DNA of 64,000 bases, taken from NCBI GenBank assembly GCA_040217195.1, contig JAVJNR010000002.1, positions 545,212-609,211 of the forward strand, read 5' to 3'. The translations under genes were made by a program, and so were the position numbers. Every line of letters starts with the position of its first letter. Within the stretch, counting starts at the first letter, position 1. Below, piece after piece: positions 8,671-19,739 of the stretch. Source of the DNA: Leptospiraceae bacterium (GTDB lineage: Bacteria > Spirochaetota > Leptospiria > Leptospirales > Leptonemataceae). Under the pieces are notes generated by a model that saw nothing but the letters and a program-made list of their open reading frames with translations, did not search any database and was not told where the DNA came from.

Positions 8671-10641
8671 TCAGGTCTTGTCCTGGCTATGGAATCGTTT
8701 TTTGTCTTCTACTAATTTCTGAACTACAGATGGATCTGCAAGTGTTGAGGTATCCCCCAGGTTATCATACACTCCTTCTGCAATCTTACGCAGTAGTCGG
8801 CGCATTATCTTTCCCGATCGAGTTTTTGGCAAGGAAGGGGCCCAGTGGATGACATCTGGTCTTGCGATCTTTCCAATCTTCTGCGCCACAATGTCGGTGA
8901 GTTCTTTTTTTAGCTCATCGTTTGTGGTGAATCCATTCTTAACGGTAACATAGGCATAGATTCCCTGGCCTTTTATATCGTGTGGAAAGGCCACCACAGC
9001 CGATTCTGCCACAGCTTTGTGCTCCACAAGGGCGCTTTCGATTTCTGCGGATCCCAGTCTGTGTCCGGAAACGTTTAGTACATCGTCTACCCGACCGGTG
9101 ACCCAGAAGTAGCCATCCTCATCCCGGGTGGCACCATCGCCGGTGAAATAGTACCCTTTAAATTGAGAGAAGTATGTGTTGTAGAATCGTTCCGGATCGC
9201 CATAGACGGTGCGCATCAAGGAAGGCCACGGGAACTTGATACAAAGGTTTCCAGAGGCCGCTCCTTCCAATTCCTTTCCATCGGCATCCAGAATCACTGG
9301 TTGCACTCCAAAGAATGGTTTGGTGGCGGATCCCGGCTTGGTGCTTGTGGCACCGGGAAGGGGAGTAATCATGATTCCGCCGGTTTCAGTCTGCCACCAG
9401 GTGTCCACAATGGGACAATTCTCCTTCCCAATGTTTTTATGATACCATTGCCAGGCTTCTGGATTGATTGGCTCTCCTACCGTGCCCAGCAATCGCAAGG
9501 ATTTCAATGAGTGCTTTTCCACCAGTTCTGTCCCTTCCCGCATCAGAGCGCGAATGGCAGTGGGGGCGGTATAGAATACATTGATTTGATACTTATCCAC
9601 GATCTCCCAGAAGCGGCCCGCATCCGGGTAGGAGGGCACTCCTTCAAACATTACGCTGGTAGCACCATTGGACAGCGGACCATAGAGGATGTAGCTGTGA
9701 CCAGTAATCCAGCCTATGTCAGCTGTGCACCAGTAGGTATCGTCTTCCTTATGATCGAATACATGATGATGGGTGAGACTGGCTCCGAGCAGGTAGCCTG
9801 CAGTGGTATGCAATACTCCTTTGGGCTTGCCCGTGGATCCGGATGTATATAGAATGAAAAGTGGATCTTCCGCATCCATTTCTTCTGCTTCGCAGGTATC
9901 GCTCAAGTCCGGGTCTCGGAGCATATCCTCCAATCTGTGATCCCTTCCTTCTTTATAGGAAGCATTGGAATCCCGGCCCACTCGTTCGGCCACCACTACA
10001 TTGTTGACTGCGAAAGTAGATGTCTTCAGCGCCTCATCCACGTTCTTTTTCATGTCTATAATCTTACCGCCGCGGAAACCTGCATCCGAGGTAACAATCG
10101 CAGAAGGTTGACAGTCTTCGATTCGACCGATCAGAGCGGCCGGCGAAAAACCTCCGAAGACAACTGAATGTACTGCACCTATGCGAGCGCATGCCAGAGA
10201 AAAGAATGCAAGCTCTGGAATCATGGGCAGGTAAATCAAAACTCGATCTCCCTTTTTAACGCCCAGTTTCTTGAGCACATTTGCATGCCTGCTAACTTCG
10301 CGGTGCAGCTGCTGATATGTATATGTGCGAGATTCTCCTGGATGATCCCCTTCCCATATTATCGCAGCTTTGTTCTTGCGTGCACCTATGAGATGTCTGT
10401 CCAGACAATTGTAGGCAACATTGAGTTTACCGCCCTGAAACCATTGAACCTTTGCTTCTGCAAATTGATTGTCCAGTACCTTATCCCATTTCTTAAACCA
10501 GGTGAGCCGCTCCGCTTGCTCCGCCCAGAATCCTTCTGGATCTTCGATGGATTGTTTATATAGTTTCTCGTATGTGGCTGCATCAATATTTGCCTGTTCT
10601 GAAAATTGGCTGGCTGGTGGATAACTTTGCTCGTTGAACAT
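8671..10641 (-). CDS. acs: Acetyl-CoA synthetase
   Basis: [33 protein letters not shown]; start MFNEQ preceded by GAAAGGA. Confidence 0.97.
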   Translation of the reverse strand: MFNEQSYPPASQFSEQANIDAATYEKLYKQSIEDPEGFWAEQAERLTWFKKWDKVLDNQFAEAKVQWFQGGKLNVAYNCLDRHLIGARKNKAAIIWEGDHPGESRTYTYQQLHREVSRHANVLKKLGVKKGDRVLIYLPMIPELAFFSLACARIGAVHSVVFGGFSPAALIGRIEDCQPSAIVTSDAGFRGGKIIDMKKNVDEALKTSTFAVNNVVVAERVGRDSNASYKEGRDHRLEDMLRDPDLSDTCEAEEMDAEDPLFILYTSGSTGKPKGVLHTTAGYLLGASLTHHHVFDHKEDDTYWCTADIGWITGHSYILYGPLSNGATSVMFEGVPSYPDAGRFWEIVDKYQINVFYTAPTAIRALMREGTELVEKHSLKSLRLLGTVGEPINPEAWQWYHKNIGKENCPIVDTWWQTETGGIMITPLPGATSTKPGSATKPFFGVQPVILDADGKELEGAASGNLCIKFPWPSLMRTVYGDPERFYNTYFSQFKGYYFTGDGATRDEDGYFWVTGRVDDVLNVSGHRLGSAEIESALVEHKAVAESAVVAFPHDIKGQGIYAYVTVKNGFTTNDELKKELTDIVAQKIGKIARPDVIHWAPSLPKTRSGKIMRRLLRKIAEGVYDNLGDTSTLADPSVVQKLVEDKKRFHSQDKT

Positions 10642-10876
10642 GAACCTTATTCCTTTCTCTGGCTTTCGCAGCCCAATCGGCCGCTGACTGAAACCAGAAA
10701 TAAACGGCAAGGCAGGAGGTGTCAATAATTCTGCCTGTTCTACATCTCCGGGGGGCAACGGAATACCTGCCAGGCAATGAGAGAGGACCTGGCGATGCTC
10801 CTCTCCCAAACCTGTTATTCTAGCATAGGTAATCTCTTTGCCGCAAATCCTGTTTTTTGCTTGCATCGTAGTTTGA

Positions 10877-11509
10877 GTGAAATCTATTCGCGAGGTGCAA
10901 ATTCGGGCAGCTCTTATTCTATCAGTCTTCCTGGGTTTATCTGGATGCAAACCCGAGTTCAGTCGTCCGGTCACGCCAGACACCTGTTCTCAGATCAAAG
11001 ACCATCTTCTGAAGGCTCCGTTGCCGGCCTATAGCAGGACACCGTTCCAGCTTACGGACAAGGATGAGAAACAGGGGCTTTGCGAACTTCGCTTTATGGG
11101 CCCATCCGCCAGCTTTGGCGAATTAGACCGATCCAAATACGAAGGACCTACTCTTATTACTGTAAAGGTATTTGAACCGGGTTTCTCGCTGGAAGATGCT
11201 TACGACCAATACCGCGGATGGGCCGGGGACAGAAAACGAGGCTGGTACAAGGAAGCCGAGTCCAAATATGGACCAGTGAATGTCCTGTACAATCCAATGT
11301 CTGGTACTGCCTGCAATGTTATTATCTATGGAAACGATTTCGCAATCCTTCAGTTGACCTATTGGTCTGCAAAAGCCTTCACAAAAGAACAATTCGATGC
11401 CGGCGCACCCTTGAGCGTCTGTGGGCCTGAATATATCCCACCGGAGTTGGAACGTATTGCTGAAAGGATCACGGAAAAGCTGCAACTCCTTCCTGATTCT
11501 GATTCCTGA
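10877..11509 (+). CDS. Hypothetical lipoprotein
   Basis: Basic N-terminus, hydrophobic stretch, LSGC lipobox; four further Cys. Confidence 0.7.
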   Translation: MKSIREVQIRAALILSVFLGLSGCKPEFSRPVTPDTCSQIKDHLLKAPLPAYSRTPFQLTDKDEKQGLCELRFMGPSASFGELDRSKYEGPTLITVKVFEPGFSLEDAYDQYRGWAGDRKRGWYKEAESKYGPVNVLYNPMSGTACNVIIYGNDFAILQLTYWSAKAFTKEQFDAGAPLSVCGPEYIPPELERIAERITEKLQLLPDSDS

Positions 11510-11524
11510 GAGTCAGGGAGAAGC

Positions 11525-11764
11525 CTAGGGCTCCAGCCTGGCCCAATCTGGAATATAGAACTCCGGTTCTTCCAGGAGTTTTTCGAAAGCTACTACGCTA
11601 TGGGGCCATCGTTGCTGCTCAGAGAATTTATTCCAGCTTTTGATTGGAGGATCGATTGAATAGGACACATCCACTGTATGGTCCGCGGAAAGAGTCTGCA
11701 CGAACTGCTGAAAATCATCTCTGTTTACCTGGCGAAAACCCCGGGCCTGCTCGAAAAACTGCAC
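11525..11764 (-). CDS. Small hypothetical protein
   Basis: 79-aa ORF with protein-like composition filling the gap downstream of the thioesterase; weak start. Confidence 0.4.
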   Translation of the reverse strand: MQFFEQARGFRQVNRDDFQQFVQTLSADHTVDVSYSIDPPIKSWNKFSEQQRWPHSVVAFEKLLEEPEFYIPDWARLEP

Positions 11765-11821
11765 CAGAGGACTGGTGCAGCTGATTGTAAGACAGTCAAG
11801 AAATAGTTTTCGTTCCCGATA

Positions 11822-12229
11822 TCAATTCAAATGAGGGGGCATTTCCAATTCCAGGAATTTGCGAAATTCAGCAGGAATGGGTTCGCTCCGGTCCTCGTAA
11901 TAATTATAGAAAACCTGCACTGTGGTAGCTTCCACATAGGTTTCACCGTTTTCGGTGCCTTCTATTCGAGCGGAGAAATCCCATGAGGATTTGCCAATGC
12001 GGGAAACATACGTACAGACTCTGGCCGGTGTATTGGGTCGCAGTGACTTTCTCAGATCCATTTCGATGCGAACCAGTACAAATGGAATGTCTTCCAGGTT
12101 CTTAATGGAAAGGTATTTGTTGCAGAAATCGAGTCTACCCAGCTCCAGATAGCTGGAGTATGTAGAATTGTTCACTCTTCGCATGGGATCCATATCATTG
12201 AAGCGAATCTGAAGAGGGGTGATGATCAC
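11822..12229 (-). CDS. Acyl-CoA thioesterase (4HBT/YbgC hotdog fold)
   Basis: IRFNDMDPMRRVNNSTYSSYLELGR; SRIGKSSW. Confidence 0.9.
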   Translation of the reverse strand: MIITPLQIRFNDMDPMRRVNNSTYSSYLELGRLDFCNKYLSIKNLEDIPFVLVRIEMDLRKSLRPNTPARVCTYVSRIGKSSWDFSARIEGTENGETYVEATTVQVFYNYYEDRSEPIPAEFRKFLELEMPPHLN

Positions 12230-12249
12230 TATTTAGTCTCTAGTAAGCG

Positions 12250-13062
12250 CTACCGGTCACAGGTTGCCGGAGCTACATTGAATACCGGATTTTCCAGGTA
12301 AGATATATAGTCTCTGCGAAGCTTGTTCATGGCTCCACGTTCGCCATAGGTAACATGAAACAAAGGGTCTGCTCTGGGATTCTTCTGGAGCCCCCGCATG
12401 ATTGGAGTGAGGTCCCCACGAGTCCACAGAAAGTAAACAAATACTCCGCTCAGCACCGTCTTACGCGCGGTGTCCTCCATGTCCAGAAAGTCGATACTGG
12501 TAGGAAGCTCCATAGTTTCTAGAACCAGGGAATCGGGATTCCTCTCCACCCAGAGGCGAAACTCAGGAAGCATGGACTGACTGGAGCAGGGATTCCTTTC
12601 TGTATTGTAGTTCTGTAGAAATCGAGCCAATCCCTCCTGAAACCAGAATGGAGCTTCACTGCTCATTTCATCTAGATAAAGATGGGACATCTCATGGCGC
12701 CACACTTCGTCCGGAGCGTCCACAGCAACATGAATGGCTTTCCGGCTTCGATCATAATGCGCCAGAGCATTCCTGGGTAAATGATTGCTGGCCTCTTTGT
12801 AACTCGCCTGGTCTGGATACACCACAATCAGCGGTTTAAAGTCTTTCAGGGCCGGAAAGAAACGTTCCTGGAGAACCTGCACCATGTTCCATTTCCATTG
12901 AATGGCAGTCTTAACTTTGTTCGGATCCATTCCTTCCTGGATTTGAACATAGCAGCAGTCCATCTCCAACCTGTCCCATCCCTGGAAAAGTCGCAGATCG
13001 TAGCCTCTACAACCGGCAGTTACCAGAAGCAGAACAATGACAGACTGGATAGAAAATCTCAA
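12250..13062 (-). CDS. Lipoprotein with gluzincin-type metallopeptidase motif
   Basis: TAGC lipobox; HEMSH followed by PFWFQEGLA. Confidence 0.75.
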   Translation of the reverse strand: MRFSIQSVIVLLLVTAGCRGYDLRLFQGWDRLEMDCCYVQIQEGMDPNKVKTAIQWKWNMVQVLQERFFPALKDFKPLIVVYPDQASYKEASNHLPRNALAHYDRSRKAIHVAVDAPDEVWRHEMSHLYLDEMSSEAPFWFQEGLARFLQNYNTERNPCSSQSMLPEFRLWVERNPDSLVLETMELPTSIDFLDMEDTARKTVLSGVFVYFLWTRGDLTPIMRGLQKNPRADPLFHVTYGERGAMNKLRRDYISYLENPVFNVAPATCDR

Positions 13063-13074
13063 ACGAGGGGCTCT

Positions 13075-13401
13075 CTACTGAATTCTTGTTTCGATGTCGG
13101 CAATACGATGGATATCCACAAGTTCCAGGATGGTGGCAATCTTGCGGTCCACGTTTTGAAGCTTTAGCTTAAATCCTTCCGGATTCTTTTCGCTGAATTT
13201 GCGATGGATATTTATTATTTCGGTGATACCCAGGGAATTAATGTATTCAATCTCAGCCATATCAATGGTGAGGCTTTCCACCGGTTCAGCACCGAACCTG
13301 GCAGAATCCAGCTCTTTCAATATCAGATTGTCTCCATCCACCCGCGGATGGAAGAGTCGGATAAGAAGGTTATTGCCCTGTTTTTCTATCTTCAGATCCA
13401 T
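13075..13401 (-). CDS. STAS-domain anti-sigma factor antagonist
   Basis: IDMAEIEYINSLGI; LQNVDRKIATILELV. Confidence 0.85.
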   Translation of the reverse strand: MDLKIEKQGNNLLIRLFHPRVDGDNLILKELDSARFGAEPVESLTIDMAEIEYINSLGITEIINIHRKFSEKNPEGFKLKLQNVDRKIATILELVDIHRIADIETRIQ

Positions 13402-13417
13402 GGATTGAGAACTCTTA

Positions 13418-14554
13418 ATGCAATCAGTGACAACCAGTAAATTCCCGACGCTATTGGCCCGTGCAAGGGAAAAATTTCAGTTGTTCAGGGACGGGAAGCC
13501 TCAGATTCACAGCTGGATTCTATTAATTGGAATCGTGCTGGTTCTGTTCTTTAATTATCGGCTTGCTCCCTTTCCAATCTGGATTCGTTTTCCCGCCGCT
13601 TTAGTAACAGCCGTCCTTTTTTCCGGATTACTTCTAATTGTATTCGGCAAGTTAATCCTCAGATACCAGTCCGGCAAATCCTTAATACCGGAGATGCTGC
13701 TTGGCACCGTTTTTTGTGCCATCCTCATTCTGGACGGATGGGGGCTGACCCTGAGCGGCGCCGGCCTGACCTATCTCTTCTGGGTTGTAATGTTTCTCAT
13801 CCTGCTGCTGCTATTCCTTCGCCGCAGTCGACTTTACTTCTACCTCTTATTCTCCGGGCTTACTCTCTTTGTATTAGTTTTCTTTTCCTTTCGTATAATC
13901 GATCTGGAAAAGACAGGAATGCTGGCCGCTTACCAGTTCATCTGGAAAACGGCGGCTTCACGTTACCGATCGTATGACATCCAGACCGGCGAGGGCGGAC
14001 TTCTGAGAGTGCAGACCCAGAACAGGACCGTGCTGCTGGTGCGAATACCGGAGAGCCTGCATCTTCATGGCTCAGAATCGCTACAAGAAACCGATGGTCC
14101 AGGAATTCCCATTCTGGCTGTAAGTAGCGATGCGAAAAGCCTGGATCGAGTGCCCAGTGCCATACTTTATGAAATTCCTGCGAATCTGAATCGGGAGGTG
14201 ATGAGGAATCGAACGGAGCTAGTTCTGGGCAGCGTTAAGGATGAGCAGGTTCAGGAGCTCCGGAAGGAAAAGGAGCAAACACTATTTCCTCCGGATTTTC
14301 CGATCACAATGGAGGGTTCCTTCTGGACCTACTACGACCGATTTCAGGCCGATACTTTGAGAACCGGATTCTTTATCTTTGGCAAGTCCAGGTCAGCGCC
14401 ACGAGACGGAGCGGATGGAAAAGAGTTCGTGGACCCCAGATTTTTACTCTGGATACGCGAGCCGGTGGAAGCAGGATTTCCTTTTCATCCGCGGACTCTG
14501 GAGTTGCTGCGAGGACTATCCCTGCCTGCGCTCAGTAACGAACCGGCAAACTGA
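13418..14554 (+). CDS. Hypothetical membrane protein (about 5 TM plus soluble C-terminal domain)
   Basis: 378-aa ORF with hydrophobic N-terminal half. Confidence 0.7.
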   Translation: MQSVTTSKFPTLLARAREKFQLFRDGKPQIHSWILLIGIVLVLFFNYRLAPFPIWIRFPAALVTAVLFSGLLLIVFGKLILRYQSGKSLIPEMLLGTVFCAILILDGWGLTLSGAGLTYLFWVVMFLILLLLFLRRSRLYFYLLFSGLTLFVLVFFSFRIIDLEKTGMLAAYQFIWKTAASRYRSYDIQTGEGGLLRVQTQNRTVLLVRIPESLHLHGSESLQETDGPGIPILAVSSDAKSLDRVPSAILYEIPANLNREVMRNRTELVLGSVKDEQVQELRKEKEQTLFPPDFPITMEGSFWTYYDRFQADTLRTGFFIFGKSRSAPRDGADGKEFVDPRFLLWIREPVEAGFPFHPRTLELLRGLSLPALSNEPAN

Positions 14555-15668
14555 GTAGACTTAGCGGAGATACAGGATAGCCATTTACCCAGATGGACAG
14601 ATGCAGGTGCGCTGCCGTTACCATACCAGTGGCTCCCGCTCGAGCGATTAAGTCTCCAGCCTGGACCATAGTGCCTTCTTTCGCATCAATTTTACTGAGA
14701 TGCATATAACCGGACTTGATTCCATTCCCATGATCAATCAGCACGAAGCCGCCTTCAAAAAAGAGAGTTTGCGCCAGTACTACCTTTCCGGGAGCCATGG
14801 AATAAACAGGATGCCCTTCCCAGCCTCTTAAGTCCAGCCCCTTGTGAACATATCGTTTGGGCGGATGCTTGATTTTCTTTCCATCTTTGATCTCGTACCG
14901 GTAGGTAACCCGGGTTACGTAAAAGGGAGATGTGATTTTGTGCAGGTCTCGCGGATGAGCAAGTTTATCTTTAATATGATTGGATTCTCTGGATGCGAAA
15001 GCTTTATTCTTGAGCTGGCGTTCTCTGCTGATTCTTTCTGCTACTCCAGGTTTTTCGTAGGTCTGCAGGTTTGAGTATTTACCGAGCTTGAGTTCTGAAG
15101 TATATACCGGAAATTTGGTAATCTCAGTTTTTAGTCGAATGGACTTGAATCTGGTTAGATCTCCGGTGGCAGACTTTCGCTTAAGCGGATAGGTCCAGCC
15201 CAGCCATCCATTTTCTTTTTGATGAGGATAAATTGCGAATAGACCGCGCATTCCCCAGGGTCTTTCCACCAGGCCGACGTTTATACCATTGTATTTCAGT
15301 CTGGTTAACCTGAGCTTCTCTCGCATTTCTTCGGTGATCTCTTCACCCGGGTCCAGCACTGGCAGAATTTCAGCGTACACCATGTTTCCGGTGGCAAATT
15401 TCTCGCTATAAAGGACTAGCTTGAATTCGCCTTCCTGATACACCCTCTTCTGCGCTTTGGCCGGGCGATATTCCGGAGGAAGTAGAACACTGGTCTTTGC
15501 AGATGTCTTGATCCAGCTACGGGGATCCTTTTGACGGGCTTCGGCGCTTGCCGTCCAGTTGGTGAATAGACTCAGCAGGAGCAAAAACTTAGAAACCTTG
15601 AAAAGCCAGGAATTCCTTTCAGGGTGCACAATAGAGGAGGTAGATTTCATACATGGGTTCAGTTGCAT
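14532..15668 (-). CDS. M23 family metallopeptidase
   Basis: HKGLD (HxxxD), YMHLS, HLH; signal peptide. Start uncertain. Confidence 0.9.
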   Translation of the reverse strand: MQLNPCMKSTSSIVHPERNSWLFKVSKFLLLLSLFTNWTASAEARQKDPRSWIKTSAKTSVLLPPEYRPAKAQKRVYQEGEFKLVLYSEKFATGNMVYAEILPVLDPGEEITEEMREKLRLTRLKYNGINVGLVERPWGMRGLFAIYPHQKENGWLGWTYPLKRKSATGDLTRFKSIRLKTEITKFPVYTSELKLGKYSNLQTYEKPGVAERISRERQLKNKAFASRESNHIKDKLAHPRDLHKITSPFYVTRVTYRYEIKDGKKIKHPPKRYVHKGLDLRGWEGHPVYSMAPGKVVLAQTLFFEGGFVLIDHGNGIKSGYMHLSKIDAKEGTMVQAGDLIARAGATGMVTAAHLHLSIWVNGYPVSPLSLLSLPVRY

Positions 15669-15739
15669 AAGATAGGCGCTCGGGGAGTTGTTTAAGATTT
15701 CGACTGGTTTTGAGCCCCCTTCAAGTGCTTTTTGACTGA

Positions 15740-16330
15740 ATGCAGGCCATTATCTTTCAAGGATTCGAATGGAGCAATACCTGGTTTTTCCTGTCCGGAC
15801 CCTGTGCTTTGCTTCTGCTCCTATGGTCCGTTCTAGACAAGAATAATAAGCGTAGATGGGGCGGTTCTATTGTTGCATCAGGACTGTTTCTGGTATTTGC
15901 ACTGTCTGCCAGGCCTCTGGAATATGGAGAGCTCAAGTTCCATAGCTCACTGTCTGCCACGGATGTAGAAACTGCCTACAGGGAAAGCCTTGATCTCTCG
16001 CGCAACACAGGCAGGCCGGTACTGTACTATTTTCATGCTGATTGGTGTAGTAACTGCGAAGAGCTCATCCGCAGGCTTGAGAGAAAAGATATACTCAGGC
16101 GTCTGGATTCATTCATTCTGGTTAGCATAGATGTAACGGAAGAAAGGGAATACGAAAAGGCCAGATCCATCTTCGGATTGAATGCAGTGCCCTCCCTGGC
16201 TTTTGCGGAATCCGGAGAACTACTGAATTTCATCCTGGCTGGAGTTTCCTTTCCGGAAAGCGCTCTGACAGGAGTTCTGGAGAAATTGAAAAAAACCCCG
16301 GATCCAATGGATCGAACGTCGCGCCTGTAA
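15740..16330 (+). CDS. Membrane-anchored thioredoxin-fold protein (resembles the DsbD C-terminal domain)
   Basis: Two TM helices, then RPVLYYFHADWCSNC and VP cis-Pro motif. Confidence 0.8.
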   Translation: MQAIIFQGFEWSNTWFFLSGPCALLLLLWSVLDKNNKRRWGGSIVASGLFLVFALSARPLEYGELKFHSSLSATDVETAYRESLDLSRNTGRPVLYYFHADWCSNCEELIRRLERKDILRRLDSFILVSIDVTEEREYEKARSIFGLNAVPSLAFAESGELLNFILAGVSFPESALTGVLEKLKKTPDPMDRTSRL

Positions 16331-16346
16331 CCTCAGGAAGTCCGTA

Positions 16347-17042
16347 ATGGAAAATAATATCAGATCCTTCTTTATTACAGCCACAGATACCGATGCAGGT
16401 AAAACTATAGCTGCCGCTGCCCTGATGAAACAGTATCGCCGGGCTCATTACTGGAAACCAGTGCAGACCGGCCAGGACCGGGATCATGATGTGGTGCTTC
16501 AATTTAGCGGCCGGGAGGCCTCCTACTTCCATTCCGGTATGACGTTTAACGAACCATTATCGCCCCATAGAGCAGCTGAGTTGGATGGAAAGCAGATTGA
16601 ACTGCGGGATTTAGATCGCAAGTTTGAGCAGGTTCAAGAGCAGATGTATGCAAAGGCCCGGGAGATTTCCCGGGAGTCCTCGGGCGAACCGGAACTACTA
16701 TTTGTGGAGGGGGCCGGCGGATTTCTAGTTCCATTGAATCGGAAAAACCTGTGGCCGGACTGGTTGGCTGGCAAAGAGATTTCCATAATTCTGGTTTGTC
16801 GCACGGGTCTGGGAACCATCAATCATTCATTGCTTTCCATTGAAGCGATTCGTAGCCGAAAACTGAATCTTGCCGGGCTGATTTTTTTTGGTACTGAGAA
16901 TGTGGATAATCAAAAAACCATCGTAGACTTTGCAAATGTACCAGTGCTGGGTAATATATCCTTACCAGAAAAGGCGAATCAAGAAGAGGTCTTGATTGCA
17001 TTGAATCAACCGGTGGATCAGAATGAATTCTTGATTCAGTAG
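16347..17042 (+). CDS. bioD: Dethiobiotin synthase
   Basis: TATDTDAGKT, WKPVQTG, SPHRAA, VEGAGG, LGTINHSLL. Confidence 0.95.
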   Translation: MENNIRSFFITATDTDAGKTIAAAALMKQYRRAHYWKPVQTGQDRDHDVVLQFSGREASYFHSGMTFNEPLSPHRAAELDGKQIELRDLDRKFEQVQEQMYAKAREISRESSGEPELLFVEGAGGFLVPLNRKNLWPDWLAGKEISIILVCRTGLGTINHSLLSIEAIRSRKLNLAGLIFFGTENVDNQKTIVDFANVPVLGNISLPEKANQEEVLIALNQPVDQNEFLIQ

Positions 17043-17091
17043 TCTGCGAAAACTGCAAAGATTTTCGGGGACCCAGGGCGTATCGCTTTTT

Positions 17092-18327
17092 TTATGAATC
17101 GCCGGCAGACTTACTTATAGTCAGAATCAAAAATCGCAGTAGCCACATCAAAACCGACAGGCAAAACAGGAATGAAGCGTATCCTAGATGGTTTATGTAG
17201 CTGGTTGGAAGCAAGTGCGCACTCGCTCTTGTGGCTGCAGCCAGCACCAGAAGCAGTACAGGTATCCATAGCATCAAACTTCGATTCTCGAGGATCAAAT
17301 CCCATTTTCCATGGGAAAGAATTACCCGGGTCATAACAGAGATGATTAGCAACGCCAGTCCTCCTACAAAGAACAGATGAACCCAGTGAACCGATGCGCT
17401 ACCGGTAATTACCCTCGAACCCAGCCCGATTAGAATCAGCCAGAAGGATAGCCACAGACCGGTAGAAATTGCGCGGCGAAACGAATTTCTGTATATGCGA
17501 AATCGAAGTACCAGCCAGTAAAACATGGCTGCAAAACAAAGGAAAGCTCCGGAGCGAACCAGAGACCCGGAGCGATCCTCTCCAAGGGAAAATCCGATTA
17601 TCTCAATCAAAGCTCCGAGGGCCAGAAGTGCTAAAACTAGATAGGGTTCGGTCCCGTTTTCCTCCAGGAATCTACGCCAGGAATGCCGGTCCTCATGATC
17701 CTGGGCTTGAATGGTTACTGCGATTCGCGAACCGGCTCCAAGAACTATTAAGGAAATACTGTAGTAGAATAATAGCGAACGACCGGAAAGGATAAATGGC
17801 TCATGGGCATCTGATGTAAAGGAGAGATCCAGGTTCTGGAGGCAAAGTCCAACAATGATAGAAAGCCAGCCGAGTAGACCGGCTACGAGACCCGTGGGCA
17901 AGAAAGCCCTCAAGTACGATGGTAGAACTGTACTGGAATCTCTCATCCGAATTCGCGCAAAACCGAGTGTAAGTATCATAGCCACCAGCGCGAAGAGGCA
18001 AACCAGCACTGGATATCCAGTTAAGAAGGATGCCATAGAAAACAGGTAGGTTGCGGTGACCCAACCAAGAAAGGTAAGCGAGGGCAACGGAGACCCTGTA
18101 AATCTGGGCAGGGCTGTAAGCAAGAATCCGGATACAGAAGGAAAAACAAATAATGCAAAGACTCCATATGCATGGAGAGAGGCAGGGTAAGGTGCGAAGC
18201 CCCAGGAAAGGCTATGAGAAAGACTTACAATCATCCATAGGCCTACCGTTAGCAATCCGCCAAGCCATGCCACCGGAAACAGAATTCTGTAGGGCTCGAT
18301 TGTGTTTTTGAATGATGGTGCAGTCAT
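17092..18327 (-). CDS. nnrS: NnrS family membrane protein (NO stress)
   Basis: PYRILFP, SGFLLTALPRFTG, HLFFVGG, VMTRVILSHG; multi-TM; FNR-type box upstream. Confidence 0.85.
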   Translation of the reverse strand: MTAPSFKNTIEPYRILFPVAWLGGLLTVGLWMIVSLSHSLSWGFAPYPASLHAYGVFALFVFPSVSGFLLTALPRFTGSPLPSLTFLGWVTATYLFSMASFLTGYPVLVCLFALVAMILTLGFARIRMRDSSTVLPSYLRAFLPTGLVAGLLGWLSIIVGLCLQNLDLSFTSDAHEPFILSGRSLLFYYSISLIVLGAGSRIAVTIQAQDHEDRHSWRRFLEENGTEPYLVLALLALGALIEIIGFSLGEDRSGSLVRSGAFLCFAAMFYWLVLRFRIYRNSFRRAISTGLWLSFWLILIGLGSRVITGSASVHWVHLFFVGGLALLIISVMTRVILSHGKWDLILENRSLMLWIPVLLLVLAAATRASAHLLPTSYINHLGYASFLFCLSVLMWLLRFLILTISKSAGDS

Positions 18328-18404
18328 TTCTTACTCTCTCTGGTTCCGGGCTGTTTTACCGTCGAATTTTTTTTCTCGCTGGCAGCAGGTTGCAGACTAA
18401 CCGA

Positions 18405-18446
18405 AGTATATTGGACTTTTTTCTTTCAGGCCTTGATTCGGATCAA
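18405..18446 (-). promoter_or_regulatory. Class II FNR/DNR/NnrR-type promoter of nnrS
   Basis: TTGAT-TCGG-ATCAA at 18433-18446; -10 TATACT on the minus strand at 18410-18405. Confidence 0.85.
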
Positions 18447-18722
18447 AATTCCCGGAAAACATGAATGATTCCAGAGCGGTAGAAGGAGTCCGAATAATGC
18501 CGGGGGATGCATGTATTGCGAGTTTGGCGGAAACTGGATTCGCCGGTCACGGGCCCGGATACAGATAGAAATATGCACCATCCTGGCCGCTTTATTTCTT
18601 GCGACGGATGCGCTGAGATCTATCAAAGGACTATACTGGAACCTGTACCATAGCAATGGCAAGTTTTCGGTTTCTGGTTTGGAGCCGGACAGAGTGCATT
18701 CCAATGCCGGGGGAGAAAGAAG

Positions 18723-19658
18723 ATGAAAGCAAAAGCAGTAATTTATGCAAATTCAGGGCGGTACCGGCAGGGCGGTACCAGACAGCCTGGTAAGAACAAA
18801 CGTCTCATTTCGCTTCTGGCAGTTTTGTTTTCTCTATGGTATCTGGGAGGTAGTTGTTCCATTCTCCAGGCCCTGTTTGATCCCAATGGTCCGCAATTTC
18901 GAATCGCCGGCTTTTCCATTGAAGATATTTCTCTGGAAGGCATGGTGGTAAGGCTGGACGCAGAACTTGATAATCCTTACCCGGTGGGCTTGCCCGCAAG
19001 CAGGTTGAACCTGGACATCAACATAAACCAGAATCATCTAACAAAACTAAATACAGATCCAATCTCAGTGAAGGCTAATTCGGTGGCCCAATTTCCCATT
19101 CGGCTGAACCTGGAGTTTAGCAAGTTGAAAGAGCTGTTTCAAAATCTATCCAGTGTGGAACAGTATACAATGGGACTTCGCGGAACGGCGGATTTCGACG
19201 TGAAACTGGCAAATCTCCCTTCCCAGGTTAGTGTTCCTCTTAGCATGGAGCAGGCTGTACCTGCCTTCTTTCCTGATGTTTCTATTGAAAATTTCGATTT
19301 AAGCCTTTCCGATCTTCTTGGCGGATCTGATGCAGCCCTTGCCACCGCTTTTGATCTAAAGGTAAAGAATCAGGCCGCCGCAAAATTTCTGGTAAAGGGG
19401 CTGAATTACTCACTGGAGTTGAGCGGAAACTCTTTTCTTTCCGGCGAATCTGTGGAAGCGCGCAAAGAAGGGGAGATTTCCGTTGTCCGAGTGGATTCAA
19501 AGGTTCCCTTGATGGGAGCGGGACGAGCCTTCCTTTCTCTGTTTCGATCTGGTGGTTCAAGCTATAGAGTGAAAGGCAATTCGGATCTGGAATTTCCTGG
19601 CTCGGAACTGGCCAGCACAGTATTTGGATTCGATAAGCAGGGCAAGCTCGCCTGGTAG
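18723..19658 (+). CDS. LEA type 2 (WHy) tandem-domain lipoprotein
   Basis: GGSC lipobox-like site; LDNPYPVGLP and a second repeat VKNQAAAKFLVKGLNYSLEL. Confidence 0.8.
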   Translation: MKAKAVIYANSGRYRQGGTRQPGKNKRLISLLAVLFSLWYLGGSCSILQALFDPNGPQFRIAGFSIEDISLEGMVVRLDAELDNPYPVGLPASRLNLDININQNHLTKLNTDPISVKANSVAQFPIRLNLEFSKLKELFQNLSSVEQYTMGLRGTADFDVKLANLPSQVSVPLSMEQAVPAFFPDVSIENFDLSLSDLLGGSDAALATAFDLKVKNQAAAKFLVKGLNYSLELSGNSFLSGESVEARKEGEISVVRVDSKVPLMGAGRAFLSLFRSGGSSYRVKGNSDLEFPGSELASTVFGFDKQGKLAW

Positions 19659-19739
19659 AGTGCAAGTCAGACAGGGGATGCAATCGGATAGGAGAGGAAT
19701 TACACAATTAGATTTGATAGTTGCATTCCAGCCATGGAC

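Noticed and set aside
10642..10983. N-terminal extensions in the ORF track for acs (also amtB, fba, ccmH, DUF4395, udg)
   Set aside because: Family similarity and RBS positions support later starts; the extensions overlap promoters or neighbouring genes.
18426..18726. Short ORFs between nnrS and the LEA gene
   Set aside because: They overlap the FNR-type regulatory region and show no protein-family features.
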